The notes under the pieces: model-generated | The model's database searches: none | Seen by the model: the letters and a program-made list of their open reading frames with translations, nothing else | What the model was told of the DNA's origin: nothing | Shown: positions 1-14,740 of the stretch, one piece after another | Position numbering within the stretch: the first letter of the stretch is position 1 | Layout of the letters: every line of letters begins with the position of its first letter | Made by a program: the position numbers and the translations under genes | NCBI RefSeq assembly: GCF_009914755.1 | Contig: NC_060932.1 | Origin: the human T2T-CHM13v2.0 reference genome, Homo sapiens | Strand: one strand, 5' to 3' | Length of the DNA stretch: 64,000 bases

Positions 1-360
1 TGGCATCCTCTTCCAATAGAAGGCCATGTTGTCTACACTGAAAAATCTGTTGTTTAGTGTAGCCACCCTCATCAATGATCTTAGCTAGATTTTCTGGATA
101 ACTTGCTGCAGTTTCTCTATCAGCACTTGCTACTTCACCTTGCACTTTTACATTATGAAGATGGCTTCTTTCCTTATACCCCATGAACCAACCTTTGCTG
201 GCTTCCAACTTTTCTTCTGCAGTTTCCTTACCTCTCTCAACTTCATAGAATTGAAGAGAGTTAGGACTTTGCCCTGGATCAGGCTTTGGCTTAAGGGAAT
301 GTTGTGGCTGGTTTGATCTTTATCCAGACCCCTCAAACTTTCTCCATATGAGCAATAAGG

Positions 361-457
361 CTCCCTTCCTTCCCTCCCACCTTCCCTCCCTTCCCCCTCC
401 CTCCCTCCCTCCCTTCCTTCCTTCACTCCTTCCTTCTTTTCTCCCTCCCTCCCTTCC
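361..457. repeat. (CCCT/CCTT)n low-complexity tract
   Basis: Direct reading; probably expanded from the tail of the Y RNA retrocopy. Confidence 0.85.
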
Positions 458-481
458 CGACCCCCACATTTCTCTTATGTG

Positions 482-566
482 AAGTGAAGCAGTGGGAGTG
501 GAGAAGGAACAAAGAATAACTGGTTTTAAGTAATTAGTTATAAGCATGAGCATACTTAGATCAGCC
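482..566 (-). pseudogene. Y3 (RNY3-like) Y RNA retropseudogene inserted in Tigger1
   Basis: Reverse complement reads GGCTGATCTAAGT...AACTAATT...AACCAGTTA TTCTTTGTTCCTTCTCCACTCCCACTGCTTCACTT. The last ~35 nt match hY3 as I recall it. A purine-rich decayed tail follows (361-480). Confidence 0.85.
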
Positions 567-1329
567 TGGTTTCCTTTCTTATTATTCATGTATTCACTGG
601 AGTAGCACCTTAAATTTTTTAAAAAACTTCTTTTGCATTCCCAACTTGGCTAACTGATGCAAGAGGCCTTGCTTTCAGCTTCAACATACCTTTGTCACTA
701 AGCTCAATCATTTCTGGCTTTTGATTTAAAGTGAGAGATGTGCAACTTTTCCTTTCACTTGAACACTTGTAGGCTTATAAGTTAGTAACCCTTATTGTAG
801 GGTTACTAACTGATGTAATTTTAATATTGTGCCTCAGGGAATAGGGAGGCCGGAGCAGGGGAAGAGGGATGGGGAAACAGCTGGTTGGTGGAGTAGTCAG
901 AACATACAACGTTGATCAATTAAGTTTGCCATCTTATAGGGTGCAGTTTGTGGCACCCCAAAACAATTACAACAACAACATCAAAGATTACTGATCACAG
1001 ATCACCATGATAGATATAATTATATGAAAAAGTTTGAAATATTGTGAGAATTACCAAAATGTGACACAGAGACGTGAAGTAAGCACGTGCTGTTGGAAAA
1101 TGGACTTGATCAATGCAGGGTTTTCACACACCCCCAATTTATTAAAATCACAATATTTGCACAGCACAATAAAATGAAGTACAATAAAATGGGGTATGTT
1201 TATACATAAGAGATCAAATTAATAACTTCCAACTGCAACAGCCATAGGCCACCAATGATGTTGAAGTTATTAACATATAGAGTGTAAGGAATTGAACTTT
1301 GATTCTTACATAATTCCTGCAACAGACCT

Positions 1330-1603
1330 AATGGTAATGAACTGGGGGAAATCCAGCAAGCCCTGTTCAGATTCATTTCTGTGTCCCCTTGTCTTCAGGG
1401 ATGAGAACGTTCCTTTCCTCTGGGTATAGGGAGGGCATCTCTTTTGTGTCCTACTTCAGGGGGAGGTCAGAAAATCCTTCCTAGGTTTTATGGCCTGCTT
1501 CATGGGAGAAGGGTGGAGGAAGGTGAGAGTGACCTTCCTGCTCCTGCTGTTTTCTCAAGTGCCAAGATGCCATAATTCAGGGTAGCGTATCCTGATTCTC
1601 ATC
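1330..1603 (-). mobile_element. ERV1-type LTR fragment (MER31/MER67-like)
   Basis: Ends GCCATAATTCAGGGTAGCGTATCCTGATTCTCATCA, resembling the reverse of MER4-group LTR starts. Confidence 0.5.
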
Positions 1604-2097
1604 AGCTATTTATTAAAACATAGAGCAAAACTTCATCTTTCTAAATAGACCTATGTGTATGTAAATGCCTAGGAAAGGCCTAGAAAGCACTCTCTGCTGG
1701 GAAGGGACCCAGGGTGGGAGTGAAGAGTGGGCCACAAGGACTTCTACTTGACCTCTATGGTGGGCATTTTTTATAGTGAGACTCTATTTGAGTGTAGTAT
1801 TATTTTCTTAATCAAAACTTTTTTTCTTAAGTAAAGAAAGAAGGAATAAAATATTACAAAGCCTGCTATTATAATATACTCTATAACATGGAAATTTGTT
1901 TTATTCTCCTTAGCACAATTCAATTATTATAACTGACTTAAAAATATCCTTTGTATTAATCCTTATTAATTTATAATTACCATTTAATCCAGTGTTTTTT
2001 AAGTTGAAGACTAAGATTTATTAGGAGTTTGTGAAACCAGCATATGGAGTTTCCGTCAGTACTTTCTTAACGAAAAAGAAAAGAAAAAAAAGAAAGA

Positions 2098-2371
2098 GAC
2101 CAGGCATGGTGGCTCACCACCTCATGGAGGCCAAGGCGGGAGGATCACTTGAGGCCAGGAGTCTGAGACCAGCCTGGGAAATACAGGGAGACTCTGTTTC
2201 TGCAAAATTAAAAATAAAAATGTAGGCTGGCATAGTGGTGTGTCCCTGTGGTCTGAGTTACTCAGAGGGTGAGATGGGAGGATTGTTTGAGCCCAGGAGT
2301 TCGAGGCCGCAGTGAGCTAGGATCGAGCCACTGCATTTCATGAAAAACAAAACAAAACAAAACAAAACAAA
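2098..2371 (+). mobile_element. Old Alu (AluJ-like) with (CAAAA)n tail
   Basis: Degenerate two-arm Alu (GGATCACTTGAGGCCAGGAG; GAGCCCAGGAGTTCGAGGCCGCAGTGAGC). Confidence 0.9.
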
Positions 2372-3071
2372 AGCAAGTGAAGGAGGGAAGGAGGGAGTAA
2401 GACCCAGAGTAGAACAGAATAGGATAAAATAAAAAGCATTATTGTGCTATGCAAGCCGTAAGAGGAAATATTGTTTTGCAAAACCTTGCAATGTAAAATG
2501 TATTTCTTGCTGTGGGCTGTGGCCACGAAATTTTGAAACTCACAGACAAACCACTTTCTGCTTGACTTTGCGAGGTGGCTAAACAAGACTGAATCTGTTC
2601 TTTCGTGTAGTTGTAGTGTACATTATCCTGAATAATCAAACACTGAAAAAAAAACAAGCACTGCAGTTTTATTCTTGTTCATTCTTGCCATTTTCTCATT
2701 AAGTTCCCCTTCGAAAAGCAGAACTAGGAGAGACTGTAGATGTTGATGGATGAACTTTTCTGCTCCTTACCTGGGCTCATTAGCACAGTCAAAGAATCTC
2801 TCAAAGTGAGGCATTTAAGAGACTTCTTCTGGGTTCCAAAGTGCACCATTTTTTTTTTTTTTACATTCTTTTTAACTTAATGAGGAAACTAGCCAGCAAC
2901 TAGATGATCAGTCAAGAATTTCTTTTGGCCTAGATTTCCTATTGCAAAATATCAAAGAGATGCATTTAGAATCATGAGTATTTCAGATTTGCCAATAAAG
3001 AACCCAGAAGTCATACTATTATCATTTCTTAAAGAACGGATGCCTTCTTTTGCCTTCCATTTACCTTTTTA

Positions 3072-3391
<320 letters not shown>

Positions 3392-3457
3392 TTACTTTTA
3401 TATTCAAACTGTTACTTCCAAATGGATCCTTTATTTTTATTTATGCATGATTCCCCC

Positions 3458-3630
3458 CTTTTATTTTATTATTTGTATAAATGTATGGGTTACAAATGCA
3501 ATTTTGTTACAAGCATAAATTGTGTAGTGGTGCCATCAGGGCTTTTAGGGTATCCATTACCCAAATAATGCACATCATACCCATTAAGTACCTTCTCATC
3601 ATCCATGCCCCTCCCACCCCCTCACCCTTA
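3458..3630 (-). mobile_element. L1 3'-end fragment (L1MA/L1PB-like)
   Basis: T-rich tail, then TGCAATTTTGTTAC...GGGCTTTTAGGGTATCCATTACCCAAATAATG, typical of a reversed L1 3'UTR. Confidence 0.7.
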
Positions 3631-4127
3631 GAAGTCATGTTATCTAGATGGAGGAATTTAGAAGGTGGATTTTCTGAAGTCATGTTTTCTAGGATAAGGC
3701 ATATATTGTCTTTGCTGTGCAATGATGCAGTTATATTTATCCATGTAAACCTAGTGAATTGTATTAATCACATGGAATATGTTCAATAAGAGAAGTTTCT
3801 GAGCTGAACACACCACATACCTTTAAACATGGAAACGTAACTGTCTCTTCTCTTCTTTCCCTGATTCCAAGCACCTCACCTTACCCATCCGCCCTTGAAG
3901 CTGGACCACATTAGCAGTTGAAGCATGTGCTGCAGTACAGGGCTCTTAATCAGAGCCTGGAGAAGTCTCAGTGTGACGGAGTGAATGAGGCACTGAGACA
4001 ATCTCGCTTCAATATGGCTAATGCCTAATTAATTTAGTTCTCTGTCATTTCTATTTCCCGCAAAAGAGAACAATTCAAATAATCCATAATCCCACATAAT
4101 TATGTTATTTTTATAATGCATTACATT

Positions 4128-4169
4128 ATGTATGTATGTAGTATGTGTGTGTGTGTAAATATATATATA

Positions 4170-4204
<35 letters not shown>
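4128..4204. repeat. Compound (TATG)/(TG)n/(TA)n microsatellite
   Basis: Direct reading. Confidence 0.9.
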
Positions 4205-4206
<2 letters not shown>

Positions 4207-5089
4207 AGTTGTGATTTTTTTAAAATGTCCTATTTGGTAATCTGTTTTCACTTATCTAGCACATTCTTATTTAGTGTGTCTGATTACCCACTCTTAATTT
4301 TAATGCAAGTGTTCAGGCTATTTCCTTTTAATAGAAAAGGAAATGGAACAAGTTATAGATGATCCTGTTATTTAAATCTATATTTATCTATAGAAGCAGG
4401 GTGCCTGCTGACTTAGCTCTAAGAAACAGCAAGTCTTAAATAGAAAAGCAACAACCAGCTTTGCCTTATTTACTACTGAACTAAATTCCACCTACCAGCA
4501 TTCTCAGAATCAAGTTCTATTTCCAATCTGCAGTGTTTCTTGGGCTATTCTACGTAGACTTGCGATGGGGAAATCAGTTCTAAATTCACACTTTATATGG
4601 TATTTTGCTAGTGATCATTCTGGTGGCAGGGCCTGAAGTGGCTATGAGCCTTTGATATTCTAGTATGATTGTTTGCTTGTATGATGGGGGCTGTAGAGTG
4701 CCCCACTGTCTTGGCTTGAGGAGTAGCAAAGAGTTGAATCCAGAGCAAATCCTCCAGCTAATCGTGTCCAAGGGCAAGTGTGAGATGTTTCCCTTCCCCA
4801 TGCTATCGCCCTGATGGGTTCTAGGGACCTCTTCTCCTCAGAGAGGCTTTATGCATGTCCTGCAACATTAAAAGTAAGTAGAAAGGGACCAAGTCTTGGG
4901 CGCAGGCAGGTGCCACTCTTGGAGGACGGCTAGTGGATGACAGACAACCTATCAGAGAGGTCGTGGCATATACTGATGGTTTTCTCCTTAACAGAGTAGC
5001 TCCATATTCCTTTTCCATTCATCCCTGTGGATGAGCTACAGAGTAACTCCATATTCCTTTTCCATTCATCACTTTCCCCTATAGAGATA

Positions 5090-5508
5090 GAATATGCCAG
5101 ATATTCCTAGGCTCTATTGCAGCTAGGGGAGGGCACATGTGACCCAGTTCTAACCAATGAGATGTAAGGGGAAATCAGTTGAGAGTTTCTAGGAAAGATT
5201 TTCCTCCTTGCTAAAAGGAAAGATGCACAAGAATAGCACTCCTTCTCTGCCTTCTGGGGTTCTGTCTGTGGATGAAGTTACATGAGGGTGTGATGCTTGG
5301 AGCTGTGGCAGCCACTTGCATCCATGAGGTAACAGCCTAGGAGAAAGCTCATCCCTCTGAGACAGCAGGAGCTAGAGCCTGGGTTCTTGATGGCAGTAAG
5401 CTGCTGAACCAACCTTAAGACCTCTTTTTCACAACTTCTTATGAGATAAGTGTCTCTGTTAAGCTGTCTTTAGACAGAAGTGTTACTTGCAGCCAAAAGC
5501 ATTGTAAC
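5090..5508 (+). mobile_element. MaLR LTR (MLT1J/K-like)
   Basis: TTGCAGCTAGG...ATGTGACCCAGTTCTAACCAATGAGATGTAAG...TTACTTGCAGCCAAAAGCAT motifs. Confidence 0.7.
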
Positions 5509-5830
5509 AAGAAGTCAGTGGGAACGACCTTCAGAAAGCTCCTCTGCTCTGGTGGTGTTTGGTGCCCACCAGGATGGAGAATGAGGCTGCTGAGTTAGCT
5601 CCTGAACCCATGGATCTTTCAGGAATAAGGTCTCCTTGTCTTGGGCTCCATTAACCTCTCCCTTTCTCCCTTCATCCCTGCTGCCCTCCCAGTCTCTACT
5701 TCCAACAGCCTGGGAAATCTCTTTGTTGTCTGAGAGTATAGAAATCTGACTCATACTCATCATAATTTTTCTGTGCTCTGAATTTTCTCTGGGCCTAAGC
5801 TTTTGAAACTAAAAATTGACCTATTTTTGA

Positions 5831-6136
<306 letters not shown>

Positions 6137-6351
6137 AATAGACACCTCTTTTTTTTTTTCTCTACCATAACGTCTTTCAATTTGCAGAATATTCTAGATG
6201 CTTAAATGGGAAGAAAGCTAAGAGGATGTGTGTGTATACGTTGTAGTGGAGAACAGGGGTGGGGTGGGGGAAGGCTATGGTGGTGGTGACAGAGGATGTG
6301 GCAGATAGAAGAAGAAAAACAGAAAGAAAACGGTGTTGAGGAATATTTTAA

Positions 6352-6668
<317 letters not shown>

Positions 6669-6859
6669 AAACTCTAGCCTTTTTAGAGATGCTTGTCATG
6701 AACATTCACAGTCTTAATATTTAGAGGAGGACATGAGTAAAATCACAAATAACATTTTAAAACTTTTAAATTTTGCCCCTTTGTGATCTGTCAAAAAGGC
6801 AAAGCCATTTTCAAATCCGATAAATAACTTTCATTTTCTCCAGTCATTAAGAAAATAGT

Positions 6860-7300
6860 TTCAGAGCTTCTGTGTGCTAGGGTCTAGGTGCTAGGGATAT
6901 AGCAGTGTATGAAACAGAAAGAAATCCTGCCATCAAGGAGTCTATAGTCTAGAGGGGCAAGGCAACTAACAAACAAATAAAGCAAAAGAAAGAGAGAGAG
7001 AGAGAATCACGAAGCCCTGGAAGACGCTGGGGGAGGGACTGTCATTTTGAATAGGATGTCAGGGTTCCTGAGAAAGTGAGAGATCTGAGCAAAGGAGATA
7101 AGGAGGAAGCCACGAAGATACCTGGGATAGGAGCTCTGGGGCAGAGGGAAGAGCAAGTACAAATACTAAAGGCAGGAGACCTCCGGGCATGGATGAAAAC
7201 AGTTTATATTGGTGTGGCTGGAATGGAGCGGGCAAGGGGAAATTAGGAGGAGACCAGGTTTCCAGAGCTGATGGGCAGCCAGACTGAGGAGGGCCCTGCT
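6860..7300 (-). mobile_element. L2 fragment
   Basis: GTGCTAGGGATATAGCAGTG...CCTGCCATCAAGGAGTCTATAGTCTAG, typical of a reversed L2 3' region. Confidence 0.65.
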
Positions 7301-7576
7301 TTGGGCAAGGGAAGCTTAGAAAAATGCCTCTTGGTTGACTTCCCTCTGAATGGCTGGCTAACTGATGCCACATCCTATACTGTTGGTTGTCAGAGGTCCC
7401 AACTTGCCTCTGGGTTTATTCTATGCTGTAGTAGACAACTTTAAAGTCACCTGCATATCATGCAGCTGATGTGTAGGAATTTCTGGAGAAGCCTGAAAAT
7501 TCAGACGCCATTCCCTCAGGCACTAGGCAATCGAATTTTGTTTTACTTCTTTTGTACTCCATCTCTGGCACATTTC

Positions 7577-7867
7577 TCTCTCTCTGTCTCTCTCTTTTGA
7601 GACAGTCTCTCTCTGTCACCAAGGTGCCAGTGTAGTGGCCCGATCTTGGCTTACTGCAGCCTGGACCTCCGGAGCTCAAGCGATACTCCTACCTCAGCCT
7701 CCCGAGTAGCTGGAACCACAAGCACACACCACCACATCAGGCTAGTTTTTAATAGAGACAGGGTCTCACTATGTTCCCCAGTCTGGTCTTGAACTTCTGG
7801 GCTCAAGCAATCCTCCTACCTCAGCCTCCCAAAATGCTGGGGTTGCAGCCACCACTCCCCGTCCTTC
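7577..7867 (-). mobile_element. Alu (AluJ-like)
   Basis: Reverse Alu with TSD TGGCACATTTC on both sides. Confidence 0.9.
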
Positions 7868-8900
7868 TGGCACATTTCCGTTCGTGATATTTCTCCTTCC
7901 AGAGGCAACAGCAACATTGAATATCTGCCATGTATATATGTATATGTATATATTTGCTGTTGAAGATAAAAGGAAACCAAAGTTTGCATTTTAAAATCTT
8001 GGTAAAAGAGTATGTCATCAAAAGTATATATTTATCATCAATCCTTTAAAAAGTGTACCACTTCGGTTGGCTTCTGTAGCCCCTTCTCCTTGCTGTGTGT
8101 TGATATGGCATCTCTGTTATCTATGCGGATGTGGCTGTGGGTAATTTTTGTTCTTCTCTTGTGGAGGAACAGATTTAGCAGGAAATCCTGCTGCTCTCTA
8201 CGTTGGTCCATCTCTCCCTTTGCATTTTGTCACGTTGGGTCTTTCCCCTGGTTGGTATGGTGGTGCAGCAGGGCGTCTGGCTGCAGAAGGTGGGTTGAAG
8301 GCTGGGAGGAGGCCACACTGGGGAATTCTGCAGGTTTGACGGGAACAACGGATAGAACTGAATTTCTTCTCCTGTTGTCTAATATTGACTCCACCTGTAG
8401 TGCCTCTGAAATTTTGACCTGGTATAAAATCTTTGAATGAACAGGGATTCTGAAGGACAGCCCATTTCTGCCTTTATCATCCATACATGGACTCAAACTG
8501 TTCTTAGCAGATGGGCAAAGGATTGAATAATTCCACCATGTTAATGTATTTGTTTTTCACAATCTCTCTGCTCAGTTAACATTTACTTAATTATTTGTAC
8601 CGTGTTCTAGTTAGAAATGCCCACCAGCTGCTCATCAACTACATACCAAACCTTGGTGTTCTCGAAGGGAGATCTGAGTGTGCTGAGTGGGATGATCATG
8701 TCAGTCATTCCTCAATAGACATCTACTGAGCGCCTGCTGTGTGGGGGTCATTGTTAGCTGTAGGAGTTACAGAGAAAAGAAAATATTTTAACTCTGGAGA
8801 AGCTCATGGGTGTTTTCCTAGCAGTATTGAAAGGACTCAAAAGATGGTTCATCCTTCAGCCCCAAGGTCCATTTTGATCCTTTCCTTGTGGATTGAGGAT

Positions 8901-9197
8901 TTTTTTTTTTTTTTTTGGTGGAGTTTTGCTCTTGTTGCCCAGGCCGGAGTGCAATGGCGTGATCTCGGCTCACTGCAAACTCCACCTCCCAGGTTGAAGC
9001 GATTCTCCTGCCTCAGCCTCCCAAGTAGCTGAGATTACAGGCATGCACCACCACGCCCGGCTAATTTTGTATTTTTGGTAGAGATAGGGTTTCTTTATGT
9101 TGGTCAGGCTGGTCTCAAACTCCCAATCTCAGGTGATACGCCCACCTCAGCCTCCCAAAGTGCTGGGATTACAGGCTTGAGCCACTGTGCCCGGCCA
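8901..9197 (-). mobile_element. Alu (AluS-like)
   Basis: PolyT, then full reverse Alu; TSD GATTGAGGAT. Confidence 0.95.
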
Positions 9198-12100
9198 GAT
9201 TGAGGATCTTTATGTCCTACTGGGGCCAGAGGCTGGGAAGGCAGCTCCAGTTAGAGATGCTGATGATGATCTAGAAAGCGGTGAGGCTCACAGAAGGCAA
9301 ATGCCACCCCAGGGTCACCTGGTGGTCTGGTGAAGATGTTGGGGAGGGATCCCAGTCATTGCACTAAAAAATATTTTGGAGACGCCTGAATTTGGAAGTA
9401 GGAGAAAAGCTTAATTGCTGTGATGCAGGAACGTCTCCAAGGAGGTGGGGAGGGCTTGAAGCCTGCAGATGTTCCAGAACAGAGAAAGCTCTCTCCTTTC
9501 CTTCCTCCTCTTACCTGGCATGCTTCCTCACCCCAGGATCTGGAAGGAGTTCAGATGCTCTCCATTCTGGGGCCTGAGGACAGAACTCAAGAGTTAATCA
9601 ATGTAATGTGCTTAGAACCACACCTGGCACAGAGTAAGTGCTATGTAAATGTCTGTTTATTGTTGTTATGCTATGATGATAACTGGTCCCAATGATCTAA
9701 CCAGGCTTTTCATCTGAGTGGCTCATCAGCAGTGGTGTTGCTGGGCTGAACCCTACGCAGGCCACCTTTTCACAGATGGCACATCTCTGCTGCAACCCTT
9801 GCTGGTAGCATGTGACTAGATCCCTCTGCAGCCTGCGATTAGTACTTACCTGGGAAGGATAGGAGCTGGGGGAGGCTTGCAGGCCCCACCCTCCTTAGAG
9901 CAGAACAGAGGGTTACAATGAGATGACTGCCATGGTCATTCTGGTTCTTTCCACATAGCAAAGAACCCCAGGACGCATTTTGTACAGAGGGCAGCAAGAG
10001 GATTCCAATCACTTTGTGAGGAGGATGGAGGTTCTTATTTGGGAAGGGGGACTCTAGAATACTCAAAAAGTGTCAAGAAATCCCAACATACCCTGCTGTT
10101 GGAGAGGATGCCCTGTAACTATGGAGTGGGCAGGTTTTCTCATGTCCTTGGTGGTGTGAGACCTGTTGGGTTATGTCCTGGTGGGTTAACCAATCCTCCC
10201 GAACCTCGCCAGGACTCTTCCTAGAAGGTGCTCAAGAATTTATCTGGAAACTGGATTTAAAAAACAAAATAACAAAACAAAACCTCCCCAAAACAGGTAA
10301 TTAGGGCTTCCCTGACAGCAGGGGGCTCCAGTCACCCACATGATAAATGTAAAGCAAACATTTCCATTACAGATTTGTTTTGGTAGCTTGGTTAGACGTT
10401 GAGTTTAAGATACATGCTTAAAATTCTTTTACAGAGGAAATCTTAAGACTGCCATTATAGAAGCTGCCTAAAAAGTGAGACAAGAGTAATTACTTACAGT
10501 ATCCAGTATCTACCAGATATGTGGCATGATAATTATTAAAAATTCATAATATCGCTATCACCCACATTTCTAGAAGGTTTGCTAAGTGGCAGGCTCCATG
10601 CTAAGAAGCGCTTTACAGTCATCATTTAATTGTCGTAACAATGCTGTGATGGTAACACATCACAGAAGAAACTAGATGCAGTATCACTGTGGCCTGCCCG
10701 AAGTCACCTTCCTCAGCCCTGTCTGGCCCCAAAGCTGTGTTCTTAGAACCACTAGGCCAGGCCATACTGCCTAATGCCTGGAAAGCCACTCTTTTCCTTA
10801 CGAACGGTTATTTGAGTTCTGGAAACCAGCCAAGCCCTTATAGGAAGACTCTTGTTTTAGATTTTGAGGAGCAGGGAGAGAATATGTATCATGATCTGAA
10901 ATACAAGGGGGAAAAAAGGGAAATGGTCTGATTTGTTCTGAAATCTGAAATTGAATGGAAGGTAGAATCTTTTCAGCCAAAGTGGGTTTTTGTCTCCTGC
11001 TGGGGTATTTTCCCAGAGGTCCATATTTTCAGACCTAAAGTCCTTTTTCCTCTCCTGTTGCTTCGGGATTAGGCCAGGAGGCAGGAAACTGGCTTCTAGC
11101 CCAGGCTTCTCTCCTTAGCTTGGGTCAAATCCTTAGCCTCCTAGGATGTTCAGGGGTTTTGTTTGCATGTAACGTGGGGATACTCACACTGCCCCTTTCA
11201 GAGCTCAGGTTGGCAATGCCGAGTGTTGCACAGACGTGCTGCATCACCGTGGTCAGGACGATGCAGGCAAAGAATCTAGGCACTCAGTATAGAAGATGCA
11301 CGCAGACTTCCTTTTAAGGAGGGCCTGAGTGAGGGAATAGGCACGCTAGAGAGAGCAGAAAGCTTCGCAGAGGTATATTTTTGGGACTGATACAAAATTC
11401 CATGCAGTGACGTTCCAGTGACTCAGCCCAGTGGGTGGAAGTGATTTTAAATAATGACAGTATCATCATCTCCCTCCTCCTACGGTGTCACACACCACCA
11501 AACACACACTCACCGGCCCCAGCTCTCCACAGGGCTGAAATGAATGGAGCCAACACATGTGGTTCTCTGAGCAACAGTGTAAAATAATACGTTTTTTGTG
11601 CAAATGCTTTCTCTTCCCCGGAAACCAAATCCAGGTAAACAAAGGGTGATTTTTAAAAAGTCACCTTGCACATCCTCAAGTTTTAAACAGTCCTCTGGGA
11701 GTTAAGTGATTATAATTATAGCCACCACCATCAGGGAAGAAGCCACTTGAATTAATTAGAAAGGGAAGCCACCCAATTTCGGTTAAAAATATTTAGAAAT
11801 TGGTAGCATTTTAGAAAAAAAAAACCGCAGTAATTGGACCAGGCAGCTTACAGATGCCTCTTTTCGACAGAACAATAGGGGAATCAGCCCAGGAAAGAGG
11901 GTGCAGGCCATGACCGGGTTTGGATCTAATAAGTGACCAGTGCACGGGGTGGCTCCTGGAACCAAAACAATGCCCGGCACAGTGGGGAGTCTTGTGTCCT
12001 CCCGGAACCCGGGGGCCTCCAGAGGGAAAGGGTCAGTTAAGGACGTTGCTGGGGCTTCTGAAGGAGTGCAGTGACCCCAACAAAAATTAAAGCCCTGGAG

Positions 12101-12369
12101 CTAGCAGTGGGGGAAACAAGAGTGGTTTCCTAGGAGCTGCCTCCTTGTGAATAAAAATGAGTCGGAGACAGAAAAGGTTGGATCGGAAAGGAAAAGAAAT
12201 GCTGAGTGGCATCCACTGTGGGAGCCAGAGGTGGCGGGGAGGGGGGCAGGGTTGGAGCCTTCAGTTTCATCCTCACCTTTGCTCATCCCGGAGCCTAAGT
12301 CTCCAGATCGAGAGCTGGAACCAGACGTGATTTATTTTGTATGCATCATCTTAAGAAGCAGTTATTGTG

Positions 12370-13365
<996 letters not shown>

Positions 13366-13819
13366 TATCTTACCATATGTCTGGTCTGTGCCTGGCCTCC
13401 TGGACTCAATCCATATTTGGTAAGTACGATGTATGTCACCTTGGCTTTTTATAGCTAAAGTTCTCTTAAAGGACTCGAACATTTCCCAAGAGATTATCTT
13501 AAAGCTTGGTGAAGTAAGAATCAGATATTATTATTTTCATTTTGTGGTGGTCCCAGAAGGTAAGGGGCCTGTCCAAGCTCATGTAATCTGGAGAAAAGCA
13601 AGGAATTGTTAAATATTTGTACTGCAAGACACTGCATGCCTGCTGCCATATCTCCCACCCTGCAGGAACCCATGCTACGTGGATTTCCACTCTATTATAA
13701 TATTACAGTTTTCTTTTCTGTCATCTGGAATATTCACTTTTCCCTCAAATCTCTGCTTCTGCTCTGTATCAGCATATTTGATCCACTCCTAAGTATAATA
13801 TGTGTGCAAGACAAAGGGG

Positions 13820-14740
13820 GACACATGTCCACAGAAAGACCTGTTCATTAATGTTCACAGCAGTTCTATTCACGATCGCCCCAACCTGGAAGCAACCCAA
13901 ACGCCTATCAACAGGCCAGTGGCTAAACCAGTTGTGTCGTATCCATACAATGGAATACTACTCAGCCACTCAAATAAACTACCTATACATACATTCAATA
14001 ACATTAGTGAATTTCAAAAGTGTCATGCTGAGCTTAAAAAAAGCCAGATACAAAAGATTGCACATGAATCCATTTATGTAAATGTATGTAAAACATTACT
14101 GGAGTCCATGTACGTAAAAGACTACATATGTGCCCATTTATGTAAAATTCTGTAACAGGCAAACTAAACTATAGTGATGGGAAGCAGCTCAGTTGTTGGC
14201 CAGGGTGGGAGTGAGAGAGACTGACTGCAAATGGACACAAGAACACTATGGGATGGAAGAAATGTTCTATCTCTTGGTTAGGGTGGAGGATGCACACATG
14301 TATCATTCGTCAAATCTCAAAATGTGCATATAAATTGGGTGTCTTAGTCTGTTCAGGCTGCTCCCCCAAAATATCACAAATTGGGTGGCTTATTAACTAC
14401 AGAAATTGACTTCTCACAGTTCTAGAGGCTGGAAGTCCAAGATCAGGGTGCCAGCACGATCAGGTTCTGGTGAGGGCCCTCTTGACAACTTCTTGCTAAG
14501 TCCTCTCATGGTGGAATAGATAGAGGAGCTCTCTGGGGTCTTTTTAACAAGGGCATTAATCCCACTTACGAAAGCTCCACCTTCATGATCTAATAGCCTC
14601 CCAAAGCCCTCACCTGCTAATACCATCACACTGGGGCTTAGGTTTCAACATACGAATTTTGGGGGGAACAAAAGTAGTCCACAGAAAAGGGCATAGTTGA
14701 TTGTATATAAGTTATACTTCTGTAAAGCTTATTCAACAAA
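13820..14740 (+). mobile_element. Old L1M 3' fragment interrupted by a MaLR LTR
   Basis: AATGTTCACAGCAG...CTGGAAGCAACCCAAA...CCATACAATGGAATACTACTCAGC, the L1 ORF2-end/3'UTR signature. Confidence 0.8.
14340..14685 (-). mobile_element. MaLR LTR (MST/MLT1A-like)
   Basis: TGTCTTAGTCTGTTCAGGCTGCT...TCTCACAGTTCTAGAGGCTGGAAGTCCAAGATCAGGGTGCCAGCA. Confidence 0.85.

Larger units (their letters stand above)
1..1201 (-). mobile_element. Tigger1 DNA transposon, 5' portion (degenerate; runs off the window start)
   Basis: Minus-strand translation gives [23 protein letters not shown], a Tigger/TIGD1-type transposase segment. The right end ACAATAAAATGGGGTATG resembles the reverse complement of the Tigger1 terminus. 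Interrupted at ~361-566. Confidence 0.85.

Noticed and set aside
148-589. ORFs with transposase-like segment
   Set aside because: Frameshifted, interrupted Tigger1 remnant plus low-complexity sequence; not an intact transposase.
11419-11427. TGACTCAGC (AP-1/ARE) motif; also 27367 and the CACGTGAGTCA E-box/AP-1 overlap at 49500
   Set aside because: Short motifs expected by chance in 64 kb; no supporting evidence.
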